The notes under the pieces: generated by a model
What the model was told of the DNA's origin: nothing
What the model saw: the letters and a program-made list of their open reading frames with translations, nothing else
Database searches by the model: none
Position numbers and translations under genes: made by a program
NCBI RefSeq assembly: GCF_001194135.2
Contig: NC_068982.1
Location: forward strand, 109,325,828-109,389,827
Direction of reading: 5' to 3'
Source of the DNA: Octopus bimaculoides
Lineage: Eukaryota
DNA: 64,000 bases
Shown: piece after piece, positions 38,076 to 48,839 of the stretch
Position numbering within the stretch: the stretch's first letter is position 1
How the letters are laid out: each line of letters begins with the position of its first letter

Positions 38076-39176
38076 CAATAATAATACACTAGGTTCACTC
38101 TTCTTTTCAACTAATATAAAAGCTGTGCTTCGACAGAAATAATTATTTAGAAGAAGTATACAATAGAACATGATCCCTGGGTGGAGGAATTCAGACGGCG
38201 TTTAGAGAGAAGTGAACGGTTTATAATATCACAAGAAAATGGCAAAAAGGCAACGAAAATTTCTTAGTTAAGTTAATCATCATTAAATAGTAATATCAAG
38301 AATATTTTAAGAGATTAAGTAAGGGATCTAGATAAATCCATTCCGTGCAGTTTCTTATATATACATATATACTCCATATGGGAGCCTGCAAGAAAGAAAG
38401 AACATTATATCTACGACCATAATTTAGGTTTAATACTCCTAATTTCCACTACCTAATTTTATTAGAAGACGATACACATAGTGAATATAAACGTCGGTTA
38501 AATGTGAAAGCATCACTGCTTAGCTAGCTAGAAGGCATGAGTTCAATTCTTGGGTTGTACTCACTGGCCAGCGTGTAACAACCTAGCAGCATTGCAAGTT
38601 GTTGACTAACTGGGAAGGAGATTATCCAAGGACAACGGAATAAGAACAATTTCCCCTCGTGGATTTAATGAATTATACAACTCTGATAACATTACCGAAT
38701 TCGACAGGCACCGGAAGAAGGCCAAAATGTCTCGCAGCTGAAACATTGAGTACAATAATCAAGATGAAGGCACAAGAACGAATATACTAGTGAGATGTAA
38801 TTGTTTAAAAGTTTTACCCTGCAACTGTTTTAAAAAGCTGAACAATAATGAAGCTACAAACATTCATCTGTATTCTCTCAATTTAAGCATGGGTGGCATT
38901 GATCAATTCAGGATAGCAAGGGATAGGCGACTAATCATAAGCATTTTACAAAACATATCATTCTTATTTCCCCCGATTCTCTTTTTATCACTGACACACT
39001 TTTCACATTGATCTTCTTCCACCGCTGCTGAGATATCACAGAAATGCACGAATTCAATAGAACTTATGGTATCAGTAAAAAGGTAAAAACTAGTGAGTTT
39101 ATTTGTTTAAGTATAAGTACGATCATTTATATTTATGTAAGGATGTAAAAAAAATATATATGCGTATGTAAGCATG

Positions 39177-39231
<55 letters not shown>

Positions 39232-39345
39232 CCGAAAGTTTTCCATTAAGATTTGTGATTAAATTAGTGTGTAAGGTTGTTTATGATGAATTTGCCATTT
39301 CGATGGGTGTTCAGAGCACACCTGGCACACCCAGGATATATACCC

Positions 39346-39398
<53 letters not shown>

Positions 39399-39519
39399 AT
39401 GTATGTATGTATGTATGTATGTGTGTATGTGCGTGTGTGTGTTTGTGTATTGTTCAAATACCTGCCCCTGGTCACTTTTGGTTATTTATCGCAGTTCATT
39501 TTTGTTTATATATACTCTT

Positions 39520-39818
39520 TTACTCTATTACTTGTTTCAGTCATTTGACTGTAGCCATGCTGGAGCACCGCCTTTAGTCGACCCCAGGACTTATTCTTTG
39601 TAAGCCTAGTACTTATTCTATCGGTCTCTTTTGCCGAACCGCTAAATTATGGGAACGTAAACACACCAGCATCGGTTGTCAAGTGATGTTGGGGGGACAA
39701 ACACACACACACACACACACATGCATATATATACGACGGGCTTCTTTCAGTTTCCGTCTACCAAATCCACTCACAAGGCTTTGGTCGGCCCGAGTCTATA
39801 GTAGAAGACACTTGCCCA
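39520..39818 (-). mobile_element. SINE family 2 copy with internal (CA)n; head lost in gap
   Basis: ttacttgtttcagtcatttgactgtagccatgctggagcaccgcc...gtcgaccccaggacttattc...tacttattctatcggtctcttttgccgaaccgctaa is the reverse complement of the 40420-40575 tail. Confidence 0.85.
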
Positions 39819-40137
39819 NNNNNNNNNNNNNNNNNNNNNNNNNNNNNNNNNNNNNNNNNNNNNNNNNNNNNNNNNNNNNNNNNNNNNNNNNNNNNNNNNN
39901 NNNNNNNNNNNNNNNNNNNNNNNNNNNNNNNNNNNNNNNNNNNNNNNNNNNNNNNNNNNNNNNNNNNNNNNNNNNNNNNNNNNNNNNNNNNNNNNNNNNN
40001 NNNNNNNNNNNNNNNNNNNNNNNNNNNNNNNNNNNNNNNNNNNNNNNNNNNNNNNNNNNNNNNNNNNNNNNNNNNNNNNNNNNNNNNNNNNNNNNNNNNN
40101 NNNNNNNNNNNNNNNNNNNNNNNNNNNNNNNNNNNNN

Positions 40138-40186
<49 letters not shown>

Positions 40187-40193
<7 letters not shown>

Positions 40194-40580
40194 GTTATTT
40201 TGGTGTGGTTAAGAAGCTCGTTTCGAAATCGCATGGTTTCGGGTTCAGTTCTAGTGTGCGGCATATTGGGTGTATTTTATTATAGTCTTGGGGCAATCAA
40301 TGCCTTAGAATCTGGTAGACTGGAATATATATAAAAATATTTAATATTGTCTATCTATCTATTTATCTATCTATCTCTATTTATATGTGTATGTGTGTTT
40401 GTGTTTGTCATTGTATCCGGTGTTGGTTAGTTTACATCCCGGTAAATTACTGGTCCGACAAAGAGGCTGATAGAATAAGTAACAGACTGAAAAAGTAAGT
40501 ACCGGGGTTGATTTGTTTGACTAAACGCTTAAAGATGGTACCTCAACATAGCCGCAGTTCAAAGACTGGCACAAGGAAAA
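40187..40580 (+). mobile_element. tRNA-derived SINE family 2, near full length
   Basis: Head gtgtggttaagaagctcg...gggttcagttc (A/B-box-like), internal microsatellite, tail ccgacaaagaggctgatagaataagtaacagactg...ggggttgatttgtttgactaaac. Confidence 0.8.
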
Positions 40581-40630
40581 AATAAATGATAACACTTATG
40601 TATAATTTCACACATATATGTTCTTTGTCT

Positions 40631-40831
40631 ATCTCCTTAACGTCTTGGAGATTTTAGGTATAATTATACTAATGTGTCCATCTGTTCTAATTTAATTAAA
40701 TTTTATGTCTTTGTGCAGCTGAGGATTGCTCTGCATTGCAAATTGATGTAATGATTGCATTGTTCAATTAAATGGAGTTTCATGAAACGATCGTACTGCA
40801 TTACCTCTGCATATCCTTGTTGCTTATTTTG
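40631..40831 (+). repeat. Dispersed ~200-bp repeat, copy B (see 1558-1757)
   Basis: Reverse-complement alignment to 1558-1757. Confidence 0.9.
40714..40800 (+). ncRNA. Type I hammerhead ribozyme (copy B)
   Basis: UGCAG(40714-18)-CUGAGGA(40719-25)-[58-nt helix II]-GAAA(40784-87)-CGAUCG-UA(40794-95)-CUGCA(40796-800): perfect 5-bp helix I, full core, palindromic helix III; predicted cleavage after 40795. Confidence 0.8.
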
Positions 40832-41496
40832 ATTTTAATCACCATACTTTGAAATTGTATGGATAATACCGTACCAAATTCTGGTGCCTCAATTTAAGTA
40901 CCATATTCATCTGAATCTAAATTTTCACACACACATACACACACATATATAGACTGACACATAGATACAAACATTTATAGGAACACACACAGATTGACGA
41001 ACATATAAGCACGCTCATACGTAATTCTTTGAGCTATTTGTGTTTGAATGAGTATTCACTTGTCTCGTTCTGAATGGAGAAAATGCATTTTACTAACTAA
41101 TTCTTCTTGAAAACATACATAATTGATGACCAAGATGTTTTCGCAGAGATAATGTTGTCCAGAGAATGGTGATTTCATTTCCTTTTGCCTTAAATGGTCT
41201 TACTCCTGACACTCTACAAACTAAACTTAATTGCAGTCTCAACTGTTTATCATTGTTTATGATTGAATCATAAGTACAGATATTACAGCAGTGTAAGATA
41301 ACCAGGTCAAACCCTTCACTACTAACAACAAAAACTATAACTACAGAAAAGTAGCAACAATAATAGTAAATTAATGAGGCCTGTTTTAGCATATCGCATG
41401 TCTTGCGACGAGGCTTCATAACATAAATTGGTTAGAATCTTTTATCGAACATGTTCAGAATAAATTATTTCTTGTGATAAATAAACAGACTCGCTT

Positions 41497-41510
41497 ACAC
41501 ACACACACAC

Positions 41511-41590
<80 letters not shown>
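41497..41590. repeat. (CA)n microsatellite
   Basis: Directly visible. Confidence 0.97.
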
Positions 41591-41591
<1 letters not shown>

Positions 41592-42174
41592 AATGAATTC
41601 GATGATAGATTCCATAGTATGACGAAATGTAGTGATTAAGAAAGAAGGAAAAAAGAGAACATTAATTGATAGCAATCATTCTCTGGTCGCGAAAGCAAGG
41701 GAGACGACCTCGAATGTATTTCGTCTCTTGCCGTTGTCAGCGGAAGTGTCGTCTTCATTTTCGTTGAAGGTTCTGTAGTAAGAGCCTTATTAAATAAAAA
41801 CGATCATGAAATGCATTTAATGGCACTGGAGAATGAAATCAATTCGTAATTCAAGCAGCGTAGTTATGTAATAAATATGGGCTTCATTATTTCCAGTAGT
41901 TTCAATTTGAGAAATAGATGCAGTAGGTTTTCAATATAGTGAGTAGGGAAACATATACGGCGTTAGATGCAACAGTAGGTGAATTGAGATAGCTATAGTC
42001 AATTATGATAATTAATCTTAATTATTAATTCAGTTATGAATAAATGATTAGCATCCACTTTACTGCATTTTTTAAATATAATCTGTTATAACTTATTCTA
42101 ATATTGTCCGTATATGATTCATTTTGCCTCATCGAGTTAAAAACAAATGGTTTATTATCTTGTTGCCCATGCCT

Positions 42175-42176
<2 letters not shown>

Positions 42177-42256
<80 letters not shown>

Positions 42257-42280
42257 GTCTGTCTGTCTGTCTGTCTGTCT
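42177..42280. repeat. (TATC)n-(TGTC)n microsatellite
   Basis: Directly visible. Confidence 0.97.
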
Positions 42281-43260
42281 CCCAGACTAAATGTCTGTTT
42301 ATGCCTATTTATTAGTACTGTCGTACTGAGTGTACGCTTTATCTGTCAGACTAAATATGTATATACATTTTCTATATATAAAAAAAAAAAAACAGAAAGT
42401 AAAGAATATTTTTAGAGCTCTATATAATTTTAGAAGTTATTCAGTGTACCATGCGCATGTCAAGAATTTACCGCTCGTTATAATGACAAACAACATTTAT
42501 TTGTAATATATCAGATCATCCTTATGAACGAAAAAATTTTTTGGAAAAGACGACTTTAATGTATATGTCTGCTACAAACTTAAATTAAAAGAGGACTTAG
42601 ACTTTATCTTAATTCTGTTGTTCAACGCTTTATCGATTAAGCCATGACATTCCATCAACTTCTAAAAATAGAACTATAAATATACAAATAAAATACATAA
42701 ATAAAGTAGAAAATAAACAAACATAAAGATAAAATAAAAAATAAAATACTATCCTTCACCAGACTGCAAGTGATATTGTCACTTGTGTGCTATATCACTA
42801 AACATTCTGGTATTCACAAACAACCTGAGAAATGAGCAATAGAGAAAGAGAATAACAGCAAAAAACAAAAAACAAAAACAAAAACAAAAAATTCATTTCC
42901 CATTAGAAGATACATAATACTATTAACGTTACATATATACAGCTAAGACGAAGAGGGAAGAACGTCTGTTATATGCGTACGTTCGTGGTATAAATGGCGG
43001 TGACGATGGTGAAATTTATCTCATCAAAATAGACATGACAATTGTGAATTATTAAAAAGTAAAAAACGAGAATAAAAAAATCAACCAAAACAAATACCAA
43101 CAGGTCATGAAAGAATGATCAGAGAGAATATAACAGCTGTTAGTGAACCGTGTAGGTTCCAGTATGTAGATAAACATCATAAGAAGTGGCTTATATCTCG
43201 CTATGTATTTAAATGTATGTGACGCTTGTGGTTCATAGAGTTATTGCTGTTGTTGTTATT

Positions 43261-43811
43261 GAGTGAGAGCAGTGCAAGCCATCAAAGTGACACTGGGGTA
43301 TAAATATACGAAGCCCAGTCTACCAATCATGACGACCCGTCTGATAAAGGTAAACCAAGCACATGCATCATAATCATATGTGCGCGACATGGCGATCTCA
43401 TATCAAGATAAACAGCACATGACCTTGCAGGTAGGGCCCAATTAGAAATTTCTTCAGGTCGAGTAGCCCATCCCGTTCAAATGGTTCCTGAATAAGGACT
43501 GTTTAAGGATGTTGAACAAAACACCCATGTTTCCAAAGGTGAATTACCTAAACCCCAAAGAATTTCTCTCAACACATGATTATGATGCTCCCAAGTACTT
43601 CTCCTCATGATCAGAGATGCACATATCGTCAAACACTAAGGGACATACTCAACTGGTTAAGGTCAAGTAACTGAGAAGCAAATCTGTGGTATTGAGCAGA
43701 ATATTTGCTCTTGCCCATCTTTCATACCAAGACAAAACAAAGTACATGATAACACTTCCAATCAGTTAAGATCAGAGACCATGAGAGCCACTGCCAGGTA
43801 CTGCATCAGGC

Positions 43812-43813
<2 letters not shown>
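43261..43813 (-). mobile_element. ~550-bp non-coding interspersed element flanked on both sides by (TAA)n-like repeats
   Basis: Partial second copy at 2229-2386; flanks gttgttgttatt (left) and (tat)n 43814-43880 (right); no ORF and no clear Pol III boxes. Strand assignment tentative. Confidence 0.75.
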
Positions 43814-43881
<68 letters not shown>

Positions 43882-44016
43882 GTCATCGTCGTCGTTGTCG
43901 TTGTTTCCAGTTGTCTTTTTTTCTCGAGTGCTTTCTCTGCCCAAGTGAGCGCAGTTCTATATGTCTTGGTTACACGGGACTAAATTTTACACGTTAGAAA
44001 ATTAATGATGTGGTAG

Positions 44017-44670
44017 ATTTGTGATAACTGTCAACGTCATTTGGTACGGAGTCTAAGATTCTGGAAAATAAACCTTTTCCCAGTAAACTAATTGGGAGTA
44101 GGTATACAAGTACAGTTTCTTGTAACTCAGGAAGACACATTTCGACCATTTTTAGTTAGAAGGAAGTGACGAATCACGCATTGTGGCAAGATTAAGAAGA
44201 TCCCTAAGTGCCATACAAGTGGTGGCACCGACCATTCGAAATCAAAAGTAAGAAGGCTCCGCTTACAGCCTGCATTACAACCACAACAGCAATAACAGCA
44301 GTTGTATTAGCATACCAAACAACAGCAACAAGAATAAAGCAGTGACTACAAATCTACAAACTGCAGAAGGAACCAGGTATCATTGATCAAAGAAGCTTCA
44401 TAAACAATGTCATCATCATAAACACACACATGTACACACACGTTGAGACACAGAGGTGTTTCTACTCTCTTCTGATTTTTCATCAAGTGACCGGAGGGGA
44501 GAGATGGAGGGGAAGAAAACCGGATAGATATTAGTAGTGAAAACGAGGACCGCGATCAGTTATCCAATTCCCCAAACCAGAAGGGTTACCATGCCGAAAG
44601 TGATGGAAGTGAATATGAGGCCTCAAGTAAATCTCAAGCCAGCAACCTCTCACAAGAACGTCCCCATTAA
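44017..44670 (+). pseudogene. Decayed protein-like reading frame of unknown origin
   Basis: Stitched frames give ICDNCQRHL...RITHCGKIKKIPKCHTSGGTDH..., YH*SKKLHKQCHHHKHTHVHTR*DTEVFLLSSDFSSSD and GRDGGEENRIDISSENEDRDQLSNSPNQKGYHAESDGSEYEASSKSQ; needs frameshifts and read-through of several stops. Confidence 0.3.
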
Positions 44671-45372
44671 CAAGTATAACAACAACATCAAATGTGACAT
44701 CAACAAGAACATATGCAACAACAATCAGAATAAAAATATCAACATCAAGAATCAAAGTATCATATAAGTAACTAAAGAAAAACTACAGGAAAACCCCCAC
44801 ATAGCAATAACAAGAATATCAATAATAGCAACAAGTGTACCAACATAAAATAATCAACAAAAACAGCAAATCCTGCTTGCAAAAAGGTTGGCACTTTCCG
44901 TTGGTACTACTCTATAGTTATGTGCGGTTTCCAGCATATCTATCCAGGACGAACATCACGTTATCTAATACATCTAACGCAACGTAAGAGTTAGGTAATA
45001 AATATGGTTTAGTTTAGATGAGTTTACACTTAGACATTCGTTCTGCAAGTAATCGATTTTGATCAAGTTTACAGTGGCTGTATCCTTTCTTCTTGTAGTA
45101 GTACTGTGCGGTGCTCAAATAAAATGAACTTGTGTAGTAGCCGTTTCTAAGTACGCATTCGGTCTATCAAAGGTGCTCCTTGTTGTCATCAATGTATATT
45201 TTGGTCATTGATGTACTAACGCAGAAGATAGATCTATTGAGATACCACTCCAATTGACACACAGGAGAAGAGTATCTATACACTAGAACGACACCCGCGT
45301 ACTGAAAGAACATGAATTGGTAACATGGACACTCATTAATCAGGTCAGTTAAGGGGGATTGCAACGCAGCAA

Positions 45373-45397
45373 CTGAAGAGACAAGTCGAAACTGGTC
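45373..45397 (+). ncRNA. Compact type I hammerhead-like motif
   Basis: CUGAAGA-GAC(AA)GUC-GAAA-CUGG-UC; core intact, helix III ACUGGU is one transition from palindromic ACCGGU; no helix I pairing adjacent to the core. Confidence 0.45.
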
Positions 45398-45419
45398 AAC
45401 ATCTGTTGCTGAACGGAAC

Positions 45420-46620
45420 AGTTTCGGTTAAAATGGCTTTACAAAATAATGAAAATGAGTACAAAATGTCTGAGTCGGCAGTGAGTGGTTATTCAAGGGG
45501 CAAGTCACTATATTTGGATAATTCAGTCTTCAAACTTTATGTATACATGCCAGACTTCTTGAAATAATTTAGTGTACAATTTCGAATATCATAGCTGCAA
45601 TTTTTTACTGGGACAGTTGATGTGATGATGACTATAATATTATACTTGTTAGTTCTGTTTCAAGTAATAATACATCTATAAATATTCCTTCCTAACCTTT
45701 TCTTCTATTCGTCTGTATTGTGCTCTATCTAGTTCATTGATTTCTCATTATTTTTAAGTAAGTATTTGAATTTATTATCTTATTTCTGTTTCTGTATCTA
45801 ACATACTAGTTCTTGATATATTTCCATCTTTTTAATGTTCCCTTAGATTTTCTAATCTGAATTATATCTCACTGCTACTAGTAAATTTGGGGACTATCTG
45901 GAGGAGTGATTTTCGTAATTTATTATCTGCAGCACACAACTAGAAGTTGTGCATATAAAATGATCGCTAATTGCCTTTCCATGGCGTTTATTTTCTAGTC
46001 CGGCTTAACATACTGGTTAAAGGTTTTAGCACCAGGAAGAAAAGGATAGGTTCAGTATTAACAATTCTCTCTTTTATCTTTATTTTCAGAATTGTTTACC
46101 GTTTATTCAAGACGTATTTCATATACATGCTTATTACTGATAGAGCGGTATTCATGGCCTAAGTTTGTAGTATGGATATACAAGTGGGGAAACACTGTCA
46201 AAGCCTTCTAGTAGTCAGTTTATACCATGCTCAGATCATTCTTTCTCCATCTACATTCTCTGATTATGATTTTACTGAGCAGTAATTAATCTTTACACCA
46301 TATGAGCCTTTGAGCATCCCTTATGCAATTCTGAAATCAAGTTGTTTTGTCTCTATATTATTGCAGCTACGGCTTTGTAAACTGTAGGAAGACAGGTTAC
46401 AAAGCCGGTAATATTTAGTTTGCCATTTCTTTAGTTTTGAAGATTAAGAAAGCTCTCTTCTCAGTGAGTCAGTCAGGTGTTATCTGTAGTTACTTCAGTA
46501 TCTCACTAAATATCTCTACTTGTACCTTATGTTCTTGATTAATGCTGTAGCCAGAAATTTGGGATCTTATCACTTTCTAGTGTCTTTCAGTTGTTTGATT
46601 TTTGTAGCGTTTAGACTACG
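45420..46620 (-). pseudogene. Decayed R4/Dong-like LINE reverse transcriptase domain
   Basis: Ordered minus-strand motifs DKIPNFWLQH, TPD*LTEKRAFLIFK, YR.VTCLPTVYKAVAAI, KGC.KGSYG, DLSM..TDY*KAFDSV, LKPLTSML, FYMHNF (YMDD equivalent), EKVRKEYL, ADSDILY. Confidence 0.8.
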
Positions 46621-47220
46621 TGTTTAACTTCGTTCGTTTGTTTACGTGTACGCCTTTTAGTGTTTATATGTGGCGAGCCAGATTAATTCGGAGAGTGCGT
46701 GATTGACGGGACTGTGATTAATAATTCAAAGAATTATTTATATTCAATCCTTTCTTCTTATCACTTGATAAAAACGTTAGTATATATACAAAAGTAATTG
46801 ATTTATTTTATATTCAGATGTGTTTCAGTCTACTGTGAGATACCTGAAGTTTCGCAATTTAAGGACTTCGCGACCCGATGATTATCAATTGAAATTGGTT
46901 CTCTTACGTCATTAATGATTTGGGGAAAATCATTACAGCAATAAATAAGTATTTCTTCCTGATCTCAGTTAGACCTAAAGATACATGCCTATATGTGACA
47001 ATATTATTCTCATGTTTGGTCTGTATTATGGAAAATGTAACTGATTTGAAACACATATGCTTTATTTGCCTATCGTAGATATCGGGGAATATTTGTATAC
47101 TTAGGCTTATGCATAATGCTGTGTATGTTTGTGCGTTTATGTGCATATATATTTGAACACTTATATATATAAATACAATCTATGTGTATATGTGAATACA
47201 CATACACTCACATATACACT

Positions 47221-47222
<2 letters not shown>

Positions 47223-47287
<65 letters not shown>
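47223..47287. repeat. (TA)n microsatellite
   Basis: Directly visible. Confidence 0.97.
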
Positions 47288-47291
<4 letters not shown>

Positions 47292-48839
47292 CTGCCTCTC
47301 TTTCTAGATGTACATACATGCACACATGTGCGTGTATGCGTGTGTGTGTATATATGTTTGTCTTTCTGTATGCCAATGATATATGCAATAACATGCTGTC
47401 ACGGGTTATTGTTACATGAAGTGTAAGACTTCTAATTTTCATTTGAATTAATCAGATGTATTACAAAGCGAAGTAATATAATGGTTAGAAAAGAAATTAT
47501 CAATATAGCGAAGCGATTTACGTAGCTTTGCGCTGGAGATGTAATGAGATAAAATTCGTTGAATATATTTCTGCGTGATAGTAGAGAAGTTGACAAGGAA
47601 AGAAAATAAGAAGCGAGAGATAAAGACAAAGAACTAGAAAGTGAGTGTGTGAGAGGTTAGAGAAAGAGAAAAAGAGGGGGCGGTAGGGAGAGGGCAAGAG
47701 AGATGGAATCCAAGCTATTGCTGTTGATGAGAAGTTAATGGACGTTGGTCATATACTCTCTGTAACTATCGCCGATTTATTTCCAGCAAATGATGGGTTG
47801 ATTGGGAATCCTGAGCAATGCAGATTGACTACACGTAGATAGACATAGAGACGTTATTCAGGCAGTTCATATTAAGAATATTTGGCAAAAACATAGAAGA
47901 GTGGAATATACTTAATAACATGTAAATAAATTACAACACACATATATACACGATTACATACATGTATGGAGAGCACTATTTTAATCGTTTTCCTAAACCT
48001 TGCCCTCCCAATATTGTGCTTGAGGATCTCTGTCTTTCTCTTCATGTCTCCCCTCTACTCTCTGTGTACACACACACACACACATACCAGAGAGAGAAAG
48101 AGAGAAATTGAGAGACATATATACATAAAAATAGATAGATCTACATGTTTATGTTTNNNNNNNNNNNNNNNNNNNNNNNNNNNNNNNNNNNNNNNNNNNN
48201 NNNNNNNNNNNNNNNNNNNNNNNNNNNNNNNNNNNNNNNNNNNNNNNNNNNNNNNNNNNNNNNNNNNNNNNNNNNNNNNNNNNNNNNNNNNNNNNNNNNN
48301 NNNNNNNNNNNNNNNNNNNNNNNNNNNNNNNNNNNNNNNNNNNNNNNNNNNNNNNNNNNNNNNNNNNNNNNNNNNNNNNNNNNNNNNNNNNNNNNNNNNN
48401 NNNNNNNNNNNNNNNNNNNNNNNNNNNNNNNNNNNNNNNNNNNNNNNNNNNNNNNNNNNNNNNNNNNNNNNNNNNNNNNNNNNNNNNNNNNNNNNNNNNN
48501 NNNNNNNNNNNNNNNNNNNNNNNNNNNNNNNNNNNNNNNNNNNNNNNNNNNNNNNNNNNNNNNNNNNNNNNNNNNNNNNNNNNNNNNNNNNNNNNNNNNN
48601 NNNNNNNNNNNNNNNNNNNNNNNNNNNNNNNNNNNNNNNNNNNNNNNNNNNNNNNNNTATATATATTTATATATATATATATAAAACTACAGGCTTGTTA
48701 CATCTTGAAAACTTTTCATTACAGGTCTGCTCCATCAGGACATACCTGGGGCGAAATAATGAGACTAAAACATATACTTTTAAAGGAAAATATCTGTAAG
48801 ATATGCTGAGTTAGAAAGAGAAATCTGGCCTATATGAAA

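Noticed and set aside
39520-40580. Divergently oriented SINE family 2 pair around a gap as one large inverted-repeat element
   Set aside because: Explained by two independent SINE insertions; the intervening sequence is unknown.
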